A stretch of DNA of 64,000 bases. It comes from an uncultured virus (IMG/VR IMGVR_UViG_3300047321_000100). Taxonomy: Duplodnaviria; Heunggongvirae; Uroviricota; Caudoviricetes. How positions within the stretch are numbered: position 1 is the stretch's first letter; each line of letters opens with the position of its first letter. The notes under the pieces were generated by a model. That model searched no databases. It worked only from the letters and a program-made list of their open reading frames with translations, and was not told the origin of the DNA. The position numbers and the translations under genes were made by a program. The DNA lies in the IMG/VR virus record IMGVR_UViG_3300047321_000100; one strand, 5' to 3'. Shown here piece after piece: positions 1 to 9,430 of this stretch.

Positions 1-529
1 CCAAACAAGGGGAAAGCTTGACCCCGATTCCGAATGGACAGATCACCGGAAAAAGGACTTCGACATTCTACGAGACGATCTCTTTGATAAGCGCATCGTC
101 TACACCGCTCCCACCGCCGCTCTTGAGAAGGGAGACGGGCGGGATGCGGAGTGGCTTGCGGAGGTATGCGAGGACGCGGACGGCACGAAGCATATTGAGG
201 CCGTAGTAGAGGAGCTGGACGACATACCGACTGGAACGAGGCTTTATGCGGGCACACACATGGCATGGCGCCCTATCGAGACCGCGCCGAAGGACGGAAC
301 GTGGATCTTGATGACCAACGGAGTAGACGTTGCCGGAGGCCAGTGGATACGCGATGAAGGTGGCACGACCGAATATCGTGATGAAGACGGCCGTTACCTA
401 GGACAAGACGACCGAGACGACTTTGAAGGTTGGATGGATTGGATGGGCGGCATACCGAGCCCTACGCACTGGTCTCCGCTACCCGCACCGCCGGCCGCCC
501 TGTCACAGAAAGCGGGAGAGCAGCAGTAA
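1..529 (+). CDS. Mosaic phage early protein with C-terminal DUF551-like domain (5' end outside window)
   Basis: Frame 2 is open from position 2 into the 260..529 ORF; WRPIETAPKDG...PTHWSPLP motif. Confidence 0.75.
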   Translation, partial: QTRGKLDPDSEWTDHRKKDFDILRDDLFDKRIVYTAPTAALEKGDGRDAEWLAEVCEDADGTKHIEAVVEELDDIPTGTRLYAGTHMAWRPIETAPKDGTWILMTNGVDVAGGQWIRDEGGTTEYRDEDGRYLGQDDRDDFEGWMDWMGGIPSPTHWSPLPAPPAALSQKAGEQQ

Positions 530-589
530 ATGGCAGACGCAGCACAACGCATGGTTGAAACCACGAAGAACGCATGGGGTGTGAAATGA
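494..589 (+). repeat. 96-bp exact direct repeat, copy 1 (copy 2 at 39958-40053)
   Basis: gccgccctgtcacagaaagc...ggggtgtgaaatga identical in both copies; identity ends one base past the xis ATG. Confidence 0.95.
530..589 (+). CDS. 19-aa minigene MADAAQRMVETTKNAWGVK linking the upstream gene to xis (identical copy 39994..40053)
   Basis: TAA-ATG junction upstream, ATGA overlap with the xis start, conserved in both copies. Confidence 0.45.
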   Translation: MADAAQRMVETTKNAWGVK

Positions 590-825
590 GCGATCGACTG
601 ATGACCGCTGCCGAGATTGAGCGAGTGACGGGGAAAAAACGCTACGGCAAGCAGGCAGAATGGTTCAAGGAGAATTTCGGGATTAATGTCGTAAGATGCG
701 GCGACGGGAGCCCGGTCGTTACATGGGCTACGTTTGAAGCGCTCCAGGCCAAGCGAGCGGGGCTGCGCACTGAATCCTTAAAAGAAGAAAGGCCCGCTTT
801 GCGGCCATTGAGGGCAATCAAATGA
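586..825 (+). CDS. xis: Excisionase (DUF4224-like winged HTH)
   Basis: LMTAAEIERVTGKKRYGKQAEWF...GSPVV pattern; ATGA overlap with the integrase. Confidence 0.75.
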   Translation: MSDRLMTAAEIERVTGKKRYGKQAEWFKENFGINVVRCGDGSPVVTWATFEALQAKRAGLRTESLKEERPALRPLRAIK

Positions 826-1877
826 ATGCGCGACGCCGAACTGTCCCGGACGGTTTGCCGAACCGGGTCTACGCCAAAAGCGGGAGCTATTACTGGTTCC
901 CAAAAGGCGGAAACTGGATAAAGCTATGCCGGGTAGATGATGGCGAAACGAAGATGCTTGAGCGCCTTCTCGCAGAGAAGCGCAAGCGCGAGACAGGCGG
1001 GACAGGCGATATCCCACATCGCGTTGACGAATACGTTAAGGCGGAAATCCACCGGCATAGAGAAAAGGCATGGCCCTATTACGGTCGCTATGTGAAAACA
1101 TGTTTTGCCGACATGAACGTCCAGCAGGTTGACGCGGCGGCCGTATCTGACTTTCTGGAGCAGAACTATGCCGGGAAGGCTCATATGCAGAACGTCATGC
1201 GTTCTTTTCTACGTGGGTTCTTCGTGTGGTGCAAGAAGAAGCGCTATTTCGAGGGCGAGAATCCTTGCAACGATGTTCGGATCGAGACGAAGACAAAGCG
1301 CGACGTGTACATCACGAACGAGCATTTCGGCATCATCCGGGCGCATCTGGCGAAGCATCCGATGATGGTATGCATGATCGACCTGTGCTATCTGACGGCG
1401 CAACGTTCAACCGAAGTGAGATCCCTGCTATGGCGTCCTGACGGGCCACGTTGCAATTGGGTAGACCGTGATGCTGGCGTGATCCATTTCGTTCCTTCCA
1501 AGACGATCGAGTCAAGCGGTGCGGCGGTGGACTGGCCTATCACGCCAGAGATTGCCGAAGTGCTTGAACGCGCGCGTCAAACCGGGAAAGTCAAATCCAA
1601 TCTGGTGATCCACATGAAAACCGGTAAAGCGATGGCCCCTCACGCTGCGCATTACCACTGGCGAGAGGCATGCAGGACAGCCAAATTAGAGAGCCATGGC
1701 TACACAATCAAGGATATTCGATCTAAGGCTCTGACCGATGCGCGACAGGCCGGATACGACCTGAAGGCGATCATGGAAGCGGCTGCGCACACGAAGCAAT
1801 CGACGACCGAAGGCTACTTCAAACAGAAGGCAATTCCGGTCAGCGAGATCCATTTGACGCTGCCAAAGACGGCATGA
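822..1877 (+). CDS. int: Tyrosine integrase A
   Basis: TAQRSTE (R), TIKDIR, AAHT..STTEGY catalytic motifs; N-terminal arm-binding domain. Confidence 0.92.
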   Translation: MNARRRTVPDGLPNRVYAKSGSYYWFPKGGNWIKLCRVDDGETKMLERLLAEKRKRETGGTGDIPHRVDEYVKAEIHRHREKAWPYYGRYVKTCFADMNVQQVDAAAVSDFLEQNYAGKAHMQNVMRSFLRGFFVWCKKKRYFEGENPCNDVRIETKTKRDVYITNEHFGIIRAHLAKHPMMVCMIDLCYLTAQRSTEVRSLLWRPDGPRCNWVDRDAGVIHFVPSKTIESSGAAVDWPITPEIAEVLERARQTGKVKSNLVIHMKTGKAMAPHAAHYHWREACRTAKLESHGYTIKDIRSKALTDARQAGYDLKAIMEAAAHTKQSTTEGYFKQKAIPVSEIHLTLPKTA

Positions 1878-2084
1878 ATATTAGAAGAAGTGCACCGGAA
1901 TATTAGAAAGGCATTGCTGGATAAGGCTTTGAGGGCTGGTTTATCTGGTCGGCCATCAGAATTCCTGATGAGCATCAAAGCCTTGCTGGTAATTGGTTTC
2001 GGGGCATCTGCTTCTAATATTTAACGGACAAAACAACACCCTTGAACCGGGTATTTTGGAGAAGTGCGGCAGCAAATATTAGAA
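1877..2084. other. attP-like site A
   Basis: AATATTAGAA at 1877, 1899, 2075 and inverted at 2012; core CATCA-gaattcc-TGATG at 1954-1970; AAGGCTTTGA/TCAAAGCCTT inverted pair at 1923/1975. Confidence 0.75.
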
Positions 2085-2293
2085 AAGATTTGGCATCAAG
2101 AAACCGGCAATCCTGCCGATAACCAGTCATCACCTTTTACGCCGCTTCGCTGGCTTCGACGGCGAGCGCCTAGGCAAGCATTACAAGATTTTTCCTCTGT
2201 TGTATGATTCGCCGTCAATGGTCATGCGGCCAGTGACGTTGCTTATGGACAGATGAACAACACTATGCAACCCGCAATTAGGTATCTGGTGAC

Positions 2294-2512
2294 ATGATGA
2301 ACCGCATAAATGACTTGGGTCTGGTCATCCTGATCTCGATCGGGGTGACCTGCGGCATCTACTGGATCAAGCTGATTCCCAACGACAATGGCCACGACGT
2401 GAAGGCATGCATCGAAGCAAGGGAAGCCGATTTTGCTGGCTCCCCAGAGTCAAGGCAAAATCCGGCCGCCTGGAAGAAATCAATCGAGGCGACTTGCAAA
2501 AATTACAATTGA
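2294..2512 (+). CDS. Small membrane-anchored moron protein
   Basis: N-terminal TM helix; possible sigma70 promoter ATTACA-17-TATGAT at 2180-2208. Confidence 0.55.
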   Translation: MMNRINDLGLVILISIGVTCGIYWIKLIPNDNGHDVKACIEAREADFAGSPESRQNPAAWKKSIEATCKNYN

Positions 2513-2520
2513 ACAATGCC

Positions 2521-3588
2521 ATGGTTAAGAATAATTCCAGACTTGAGGGATTGCAGAGCCTGCGCGGCATCGCTGCCTTGGGCGTTGTCCTTTTCCATGT
2601 CCGCGGCTACATGTGGATTGTCGGTAATAATCACACGTCCGTTTTCGAGGCCTTCACGGGAGTATTTAGCCTCGGCGCCGTGTTGTTCTTCGCGATATCT
2701 GGTTTCCTGATGGCGCACCTGATCGAGACTGGGTATCGGAACTTCATCATTCGGCGCTTTGCGCGGATCTATCCGTCGTACTTCGCAGCGGTCGGGCTTT
2801 CCCTGTTCGCACAGGTTCTGTTTCTGGATACCGTGACGCAGCCGCAGCTTGCCGAATCGCTCACGCTGCTACCGCTCGGCGTCATTCCCTACCCGCTGCA
2901 CATCGAATGGACGCTCATCTATGAGGTGTTCTTTTACGTGGTGTGTTCGGTGTTCACCATCGGCCGTGCCAAGCGCCTGTTTCCGTATTTCCTCATGGTG
3001 TGGCTGATCGTCGTAGTAGTGGCGCACCATGCATTCGAGCTGCCGAGTGCGATAACGCCCACGGTCGATACGATCTTCTTCCAGTTCTTCAACATGTTCT
3101 TCATCGTCGGCGCGCTGACTTATTACGTTTGGCGCAAGGTGTCTCTATCGCCGCGCACCGCTCGGGTGATGCTTAGCGTCATCGGAGCGATGGTGATCGC
3201 GTGGCCGTTCCTCGAACACGTAAAAGTGTTCGCGCAACAGGAATTCTACGTATTCGCACTCTGCTGCGTCGGCATTCTTCTCGGGACACTGACGATTGGA
3301 ACTGACACGCCAAGGAATCTAGCGGCACGACTGCTGCACCGGGCCGGCGACTATTCTTATGGGATATACCTCATTCATGCGTCGGTGCTGTGGATCGTGT
3401 TCACGCTAAGCGTGAAGCACTTCGGCGCGCTCGATTCGCGCTTTGCCTTTCTTGGACTTGGCGCTGCGTTGATGGCCGGAGTCGGGATGGGTATGCTAGA
3501 TGTGAAAATCCACGCCACCGTAGCGGCGTGGATCAGGGCAACGTCTTTCCGGAGGGCATCGGTTATCGAACGCGCCGTGCGCGGATGA
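2521..3588 (+). CDS. Acyltransferase-3 family O-acetyltransferase (OafA/Oac-like; likely surface polysaccharide conversion)
   Basis: LQSLRGIAALGVVLFH, FFAISGF, RRFARIYP, WTLIYE, GDYSYGIYLIH motifs; many TM helices; next to attP like Sf6 oac. Confidence 0.9.
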   Translation: MVKNNSRLEGLQSLRGIAALGVVLFHVRGYMWIVGNNHTSVFEAFTGVFSLGAVLFFAISGFLMAHLIETGYRNFIIRRFARIYPSYFAAVGLSLFAQVLFLDTVTQPQLAESLTLLPLGVIPYPLHIEWTLIYEVFFYVVCSVFTIGRAKRLFPYFLMVWLIVVVVAHHAFELPSAITPTVDTIFFQFFNMFFIVGALTYYVWRKVSLSPRTARVMLSVIGAMVIAWPFLEHVKVFAQQEFYVFALCCVGILLGTLTIGTDTPRNLAARLLHRAGDYSYGIYLIHASVLWIVFTLSVKHFGALDSRFAFLGLGAALMAGVGMGMLDVKIHATVAAWIRATSFRRASVIERAVRG

Positions 3589-4498
3589 AGCCGGTGCACG
3601 TCATTGTGCTGGTAGCGAAGTTCGCATTTCCGACGATGAATACCGTCGTGGTCGATGCCAGACTGTAACGGAACGTCGGAACCGCCAATGTCTGCGGAGA
3701 TCCGGTCGTGAGCGTCGCTTGAATTGACTGCGCAGAGCCGACCGCGCCTAACGTCGCTGAAGTGGCGCTACTCCCTGCGACGATTCCTGAGACCGTTGTG
3801 CCCGCTGCCGCTATGAATTGCACCGCACCCGACACGTCCCAATCGCCAGCAGTCAGGCTGGCGCTCGCGCAGTTGAACGAGACTCCGTTAGTCATCGATG
3901 TGCCCGACGTACTGGCCGTCACGTATTCGCCAACGCTTCCTGCGTTCGCATTGTTGTTCGTCGTGGTGCCAACAATGCCGGACGCCTGGCTAGGCGTAAT
4001 CGCAGCGGTTGCCTGAAGCGTCGTGAACTTTCCTGTGCTGGCTGAGGTTGCCCCGATTGCAGTGTTGTCAATCGTGCCGCCGCCGATGGTCGCAGACGGC
4101 GTACTGATCGATGAGAATGCCCCGCTGCTGGTCGAGGTCGAGCCGATGGGTCCCGGCGCCGCAAAGGTGGCGCCTCCAAGCGTAAGGGCGTTGATAGTGG
4201 AGTTGCAGTTGAAGCCCGAGCCCGCGGTATAGGTCAAGGCAGACGAAGTGCCAAGGCAATTCGGGACCGAGACTGCAGCCGGCGCAGCGGTCGATCCTGT
4301 AGCATTCCCCAGAACGGTATTAGCACCAATTGGACTTAGCGCTGCGGCTCCCCATGCGGGCGCTGTTGTTGGGCCGGTCGAGACAATCGCTTGACCAGCC
4401 GTCGAGCCGGTCGGATTCAGCAGTTGGACGGGCGTCGTCGTCGCTCCGAACGCGGCAGACGTGAGCGCGAGCAGAGCGGCGGTTAGAAGTCGCTTCAT
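3563..4498 (-). CDS. Signal-peptide, T/S/G/A-rich fibre-like protein (homologue of 55259..56251)
   Basis: MKRLLTAALLALTSAAFG leader; GIVGTTTNN, LTAGDWDV and C-terminal ARRVR motifs. Confidence 0.75.
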   Translation of the reverse strand: MKRLLTAALLALTSAAFGATTTPVQLLNPTGSTAGQAIVSTGPTTAPAWGAAALSPIGANTVLGNATGSTAAPAAVSVPNCLGTSSALTYTAGSGFNCNSTINALTLGGATFAAPGPIGSTSTSSGAFSSISTPSATIGGGTIDNTAIGATSASTGKFTTLQATAAITPSQASGIVGTTTNNNANAGSVGEYVTASTSGTSMTNGVSFNCASASLTAGDWDVSGAVQFIAAAGTTVSGIVAGSSATSATLGAVGSAQSIQATLTTGSPQTLAVPTFRYSLASTTTVFIVGNANFATSTMTCTGFIRARRVR

Positions 4499-4499
4499 A

Positions 4500-4739
4500 T
4501 TATTTCCCATCTGGAATGATGGCGTCGCCGCCGATGGTTGACGTGAGCGCATTGTCGCAATGGCCGGGATTCACCTTGTCAAGCAGACTGCAAAGCACAC
4601 AGCCCCACTTGCGGCCCGCGTTGCGGGCCTTGGCCGAACGCTCACTGATTGTTTCGTTGGGCGATCCTGCGGCGAGCGTGTTGAGCGCCTGATCGAGAAG
4701 GACCAGCCAGTTCATCAGGTAGCGGAGGATCGGATTCAT
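4500..4739 (-). CDS. 79-aa lysis-cassette protein of unknown function
   Basis: MNPILRYLMNWLVLLDQALN...ETISERS...WGCVLC...HC; overlaps the upstream holin-like gene. Confidence 0.7.
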   Translation of the reverse strand: MNPILRYLMNWLVLLDQALNTLAAGSPNETISERSAKARNAGRKWGCVLCSLLDKVNPGHCDNALTSTIGGDAIIPDGK

Positions 4740-5143
4740 TTGCTGACACCCTTGACGCGTTCGAACGAATGCAGGCCGCCGAGACCTAGCATACCGAGCA
4801 GGACGGGCATCATCTCCGATAGATCGGCCGCACTCATGGCCACAGGATGGCCGCTCATCGAGAGCGCGAACTTGGCGACCGGCAGGCCAATCCAGTTCCA
4901 CGCACAGCCGGCGCCACATACCCAGCCGATAAACGGACGCCACCCGGCTACAAAACTGCTCTCGTTCGCCGCTTCGGCCTTGTTGATGTCGAGCTGTCCA
5001 GTGATCTGCGCCAGTTCGCCAGTCTGCTGAAGCTGAAGCAACTGGAGCTTCGCCTGCGCAGCCTGCGCGGGATCGGGCCAAACGCGGTCGATGACCTGAC
5101 CGACGACGTTAGTTACCGCGGTGATTGGATCGAAAGCAGCCAT
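4736..5143 (-). CDS. Holin of 3TM (GTA-type) family
   Basis: FVAGWRPFIGWVC and GMLGLGG.HSFER motifs; follows the endolysin. Confidence 0.8.
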   Translation of the reverse strand: MAAFDPITAVTNVVGQVIDRVWPDPAQAAQAKLQLLQLQQTGELAQITGQLDINKAEAANESSFVAGWRPFIGWVCGAGCAWNWIGLPVAKFALSMSGHPVAMSAADLSEMMPVLLGMLGLGGLHSFERVKGVSK

Positions 5144-5144
5144 G

Positions 5145-5615
5145 TCATGCTCCTTTGCGCATCATGTTGGCGAGCCGCAGTGCGCGGCCTGGTTCTTCTG
5201 GCGTGCCGATACCGACATCCTCGCGCGCCCATTTCGAATCGAGCATTTCATCTGCTGCATCGGAGAACTTGCCTTGGCGCATCGCGATGAGTGCGTTGCG
5301 GAAGCCGATCAATCGATTGATGCCCAAGTTGAAACACATGTTGCAGATCACGCGCTGGCGAACGTCGTTCAAGTCTGTCCACCATGGAAGCGCGCGAGTC
5401 AAATCGTGATAGACGTTCTGCAAATCTCCATCGAGCAGTTGATTTACCTGATCATCAGTCAACGGATACGTCCACCCGACAGGCAGCGGTGAGGCTTGCA
5501 AGTTGTGCCCGACGCCTACAGTCGGAATCCCCTTGGTATCGCGATACGGCACATACCACACGCCCTCATCGCGCCGCAGCTCGACGATAAGCAGTGCTTC
5601 GTTGTCAGGATTCAT
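5145..5615 (-). CDS. Endolysin, T4-like GH24 lysozyme
   Basis: LRRDEG..PYRDTKGIPTVGVGHNL (E-D-T triad), NMCFNLG, EMLDSKW. Confidence 0.9.
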   Translation of the reverse strand: MNPDNEALLIVELRRDEGVWYVPYRDTKGIPTVGVGHNLQASPLPVGWTYPLTDDQVNQLLDGDLQNVYHDLTRALPWWTDLNDVRQRVICNMCFNLGINRLIGFRNALIAMRQGKFSDAADEMLDSKWAREDVGIGTPEEPGRALRLANMMRKGA

Positions 5616-5809
5616 TCTCCACCCCTGCGGCCGTTGTTTCGGATCAGGTAAAAGCCTTGCAAGCCGATATAAACGATCGTCGCGGCGGCGACGTACCAGT
5701 TGATGTCATGGCTCTGTAGCCACAACCACCAGTTCGCCCCGATTGGTGGCGCCGCTTTGACAGCCCCCGATGCGATCTCTTTCATCTGTTTCCCCGTATA
5801 TCTGGTCAT
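5612..5809 (-). CDS. Putative small holin
   Basis: 65 aa, TM helix, basic C-terminus, overlaps the endolysin start. Confidence 0.6.
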   Translation of the reverse strand: MTRYTGKQMKEIASGAVKAAPPIGANWWLWLQSHDINWYVAAATIVYIGLQGFYLIRNNGRRGGE

Positions 5810-5812
5810 GTT

Positions 5813-7522
5813 TCAAAGCTGCGGCGTATTTAGCGCAGTCTTCGTTGATGCGTTGTTCGCATGGATCGCGGAACCGCCTGCGAAAGCCCCGAATGTCCGG
5901 TTAGAGGTAATTTCGTTGCTTGACGGAACGCCGGTGCCGAAATTCAGTTCAGCAATGCCATAAGTGAGCGTGCCGACCGTATCGATCACTGTGTTTCCGG
6001 CAATCGGGTTTGACTGCGTGAGCGTGGCTGACAACAGGATGCCGGCGAGGTTGTCGGCGCCACCCGCAACCGCGGCCTGCTTTGCGTTGCAGTTGAAAGC
6101 GAAGTTGTCGCGCATCGGTGAATGTTGGACACCGAACGATGTAGACCCCGCATAGCAGAAGCCGCTGCTACCAGAATTGATGGCCTTGTTGCCGATCACC
6201 TCAAGACCAATGCAGTTACGAGTGTTCCCGAAGAAACTCATGCCGAAGTCAATGCTCGGGCCACCGCCAGAATCCCAGCGCGCCGTATTGCCGAGTACTT
6301 TGACGTGATTGCTATCTTCGACATTCAGGCCTTCATGGATGCTGTTAAAGCTCTGATTCGCATTCATGATGCCGCCCTCGCACAGCGCGGCCGCAAATCC
6401 GAAAGTCCCCGCATTTTTCGCGCGATTGTGGTGGACATTGAAATCGATGCCGAACAGAACAGCAACGCCATGCGCGACGCTTGATGTGCCATTGCCTTCC
6501 GTGTAGCAGCCAGCCACTTCGGTCCCCGTATCCAGCGACAGCAGAGACGCGCCCGATACTTGAATGCCATTGCCGCGCCAGTCTGTGACGTTGCATTTCA
6601 GGACTTTATTATTGGTCCCGAGCGCAAGCGAAACACCGGTATACCCAGATCCAGTCATGACCAGATCCTCGAACCGAGTGTTAGAACAACCAGACGCATT
6701 CAGGACTGTCAGGCCGCCGTAATTACCCGGAGAGATCAGTCCGCTATAGATGGCCGATGGCGCCTGGAACTGTAGGCCACTAATCTCTGCATTCAGCAGA
6801 TTGGCGACAGTGATCCAGTTGGAAAAGGACGATCCTTTGGTGACGAGCGGTCCCGGCAGGATAGTTACGCCCGCACGCGCCGTCAGGATCTTCAGTGTCG
6901 ATGGGAGCGTTCCAGGATTGAGGACGTATGTGCCGGGAGAAAATTCGACGCATGGATTTGCAGCGCACGCACGCAAAAGACCCGGCATATCATCATTGAT
7001 GCCATCACCGGGAGCGCCATAAGCGCGGGGGTCTGCTGTTCGCTTGACGACAAAAAATATGTTGCTGCCGGGAGCCAACGAGGCATCCGTAATCGTTCCA
7101 TCACTGACACCAGTTACAAGACTTGCCGCACTGCCGCGCACATACACCCGATTTACACCAAGAGGAATAGGACTAGTGAATCCGAGCCCAAAGCCAATCA
7201 GGTTGTACTGGTCTGGTCCTTGAAATGACGTATCGAAAAATACCTCGATATTCGAATTCGAGTTGTACAGATTCGCAAGTGTGAGGGCGAGAGAGGTGCC
7301 TGCGGTGAAAGTCGGAAGGCCATCCGGGTTCGGCAGGACATCAGAAATGAAAGTTTCAACCGTTGCGCCGACAAGGGACGCAATGTCTCCCTTCATGAGA
7401 TAGCGGCCATCCAGCACCGAGACAGGGAGAGCACGTGTTACGCCATTGGCATTCTGCCAGGCAGGAAATTTGTCGTCCGGGCTGACTGTCGAGGCTACAG
7501 AAAGATCATTGATCGTGGACAT
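5813..7522 (-). CDS. Tailspike, right-handed beta-helix (pectate-lyase-like)
   Basis: YGAPGDGINDD motif followed by N/G-rich parallel beta-helix repeats. Confidence 0.85.
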   Translation of the reverse strand: MSTINDLSVASTVSPDDKFPAWQNANGVTRALPVSVLDGRYLMKGDIASLVGATVETFISDVLPNPDGLPTFTAGTSLALTLANLYNSNSNIEVFFDTSFQGPDQYNLIGFGLGFTSPIPLGVNRVYVRGSAASLVTGVSDGTITDASLAPGSNIFFVVKRTADPRAYGAPGDGINDDMPGLLRACAANPCVEFSPGTYVLNPGTLPSTLKILTARAGVTILPGPLVTKGSSFSNWITVANLLNAEISGLQFQAPSAIYSGLISPGNYGGLTVLNASGCSNTRFEDLVMTGSGYTGVSLALGTNNKVLKCNVTDWRGNGIQVSGASLLSLDTGTEVAGCYTEGNGTSSVAHGVAVLFGIDFNVHHNRAKNAGTFGFAAALCEGGIMNANQSFNSIHEGLNVEDSNHVKVLGNTARWDSGGGPSIDFGMSFFGNTRNCIGLEVIGNKAINSGSSGFCYAGSTSFGVQHSPMRDNFAFNCNAKQAAVAGGADNLAGILLSATLTQSNPIAGNTVIDTVGTLTYGIAELNFGTGVPSSNEITSNRTFGAFAGGSAIHANNASTKTALNTPQL

Positions 7523-7524
7523 GG

Positions 7525-7728
7525 CTATACCGTATGTTCTGCGATAGGGCCGTACTTGCCGGCGATCAGATCAGCGTAGATTTCCCGCCCATAATCCATC
7601 ACGTCGTGTGCCGACGCATTGAACCTGACCGGCGCTGATCCGAGGGATTCGAAAATGACATCGACAATTACAGTCGTGTGCGATGCATCCGCCCAGACAG
7701 GGTTAGCGACGCCTTGATATGCGCTCAT
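7525..7728 (-). CDS. Tail fibre assembly-like small protein
   Basis: NPVWADASHT...FNASAHD.MDYGREIY; coupled to the upstream fibre gene. Confidence 0.6.
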   Translation of the reverse strand: MSAYQGVANPVWADASHTTVIVDVIFESLGSAPVRFNASAHDVMDYGREIYADLIAGKYGPIAEHTV

Positions 7729-8771
7729 GCTGTTCTCACCCAAAGAGAGATGCCGGTCGAACCGACGCCCGTCACGATTGCGGCCCATGAGCCAGGATCG
7801 GGAGGCGCGCTGCCAGTCGTCAGCGTTAGGCCTCCAACAGCTTTGGTCTGGAAGATGGTTGACAGGGTGGCTGACGTTTTGGCCTGCATGTTCTGGTCGG
7901 TGACTGCCTGGAACCCATTCACTACCAGACCGCCATTCGGCAGTACATACGAACTGCTCGGGACGTCGTAGAAAATGGATTTAGTCCCGTCTACCGATAC
8001 GAATACCTTTCCGCCGCTTGCGGTCAAGTTTCCGCCCGCAATAACGTCTCCACCAGCGGTAACAGTTCCGTTCGGAGCGATCGAGACGCGGCCTGTTTCT
8101 GTTGCGCCATCTGCACTCACATTGCGAAAAAGAAACCCACCTGTTCCCGTTCCGCGGTTATTCGTGAATCGGGCAACTCCATCGTTTGAGTCGTTCCAGC
8201 TAACCCAAACCCCTTGTGAATTGGGGGTTGACGAAGCGCCTGATATCTTCGCGAATGTCAGATTTCCCCAGAACCGATCCAGGTTGTAGCGGCCACCATC
8301 GTTGCCAACGATTACAAACGGGACATTTTCAGGGGACGTGAAATCAGCAGGCTGGTAGACATACATGCCCGCCGTAGAGACCCATATCTGGTTGATAGAA
8401 TTCTTGTCGCGCGACCGGAGATCGGCAAAACTTGACGCGCTCTGAACGCTCGATGTTCCAATTACCGTGGTAATCGGGTCAGTCTCATTGAGAGACGAAT
8501 ACACGAGCCGCCCTGCCGCATCCAGGATCGTGATCGAGTACGGGATCGGACAGAACATGTGCACAAGCGCACCGGCTGCAGTGGCGTGTCCATGTACTGT
8601 GCGGATGGGCTGCTGAAGGACGACCAGCCCGGCCACGTCAGAAGTGACGACTGCCGGATAGGCGACAGGATCGAGCCCGGCCTGGCCAATGTAGATGGAA
8701 CCGCTTTCGAGAGGAAGGCCAAATAAATCAGAAAAGAACGGCAACGCCCTTGCTTCACTTGTTGTGCTCAC
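7725..8771 (-). CDS. Tail fibre/spike with P22-type head-binding N-terminal domain
   Basis: FFSDLFGLPLESGSIYIGQAGLDP...QQPIRT resembles the P22 gp9 head-binding domain. Confidence 0.7.
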   Translation of the reverse strand: MSTTSEARALPFFSDLFGLPLESGSIYIGQAGLDPVAYPAVVTSDVAGLVVLQQPIRTVHGHATAAGALVHMFCPIPYSITILDAAGRLVYSSLNETDPITTVIGTSSVQSASSFADLRSRDKNSINQIWVSTAGMYVYQPADFTSPENVPFVIVGNDGGRYNLDRFWGNLTFAKISGASSTPNSQGVWVSWNDSNDGVARFTNNRGTGTGGFLFRNVSADGATETGRVSIAPNGTVTAGGDVIAGGNLTASGGKVFVSVDGTKSIFYDVPSSSYVLPNGGLVVNGFQAVTDQNMQAKTSATLSTIFQTKAVGGLTLTTGSAPPDPGSWAAIVTGVGSTGISLWVRTA

Positions 8772-8833
8772 GGCTGCATCTCCATTGGAGGGCTGTTAAG
8801 ATCGTCATATATCAATCGGATTCCTAACTGAAC

Positions 8834-9409
8834 ATGACGAAATGCACCATTGAAGGATGTGCTCGTGAACATCGTGCGAAGGGTCTTTGCACAACACATC
8901 TTTACCGACTGAAGAAAGGAATTCCGCTTACGGGGAAAACCGTCTACGACAAAACTCCCCTTGAGCGATTCAGTGAACGGTACGATGTAATGCCAAGCGG
9001 GTGTTGGCATTGGGATTCGAATGACGGGAAAGGACGTGCAACCAAATTCAGATTGAACGGGAACAGCATGTACGCATCGCGCGCGGCGTACGTGCTCCAT
9101 AAAGGCCCCATTGGCGACCTTCATGTTTGCCACACATGTGACAACGGACTTTGTGTCAACCCTGACCATTTGTTCCTCGGCACTCATTTGGACAACATGC
9201 GAGACATGATCGACAAAGGAAGGAAACCAAAAGGTCGTGATACCAACACTCTTTTTGGATCCACTCATCCGTGTGCCGTATTGAGCGAAGCAGACGTGCT
9301 TGCGATACGAGCATCCGAGAAAAGCATCACGGAACTCGCATCGCATTACGGAGTTCACTACGGCACGATCTACGCCATCATTCAGCGCAGAAACTGGAAG
9401 CACATTTAA
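8834..9409 (+). CDS. HNH homing-type endonuclease, antisense within the late region
   Basis: CWHW, VCHTCDNGLCVNPDHLFLGT..DN motif; N-terminal Cys/His finger; C-terminal HTH. Confidence 0.88.
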   Translation: MTKCTIEGCAREHRAKGLCTTHLYRLKKGIPLTGKTVYDKTPLERFSERYDVMPSGCWHWDSNDGKGRATKFRLNGNSMYASRAAYVLHKGPIGDLHVCHTCDNGLCVNPDHLFLGTHLDNMRDMIDKGRKPKGRDTNTLFGSTHPCAVLSEADVLAIRASEKSITELASHYGVHYGTIYAIIQRRNWKHI

Positions 9410-9430
9410 CTGTGCGTCATTACCCTTCAA

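Noticed and set aside
2407..2520. N-terminal extension of the acyltransferase ORF
   Set aside because: Overlaps the upstream gene; family similarity starts near Met 2521
8768..9430. 220-aa minus-strand ORF spanning the coat-to-tail gap
   Set aside because: The opposite strand encodes a clear HNH nuclease and this product has no motif. Its exact fit to the gap is curious but unsupported.
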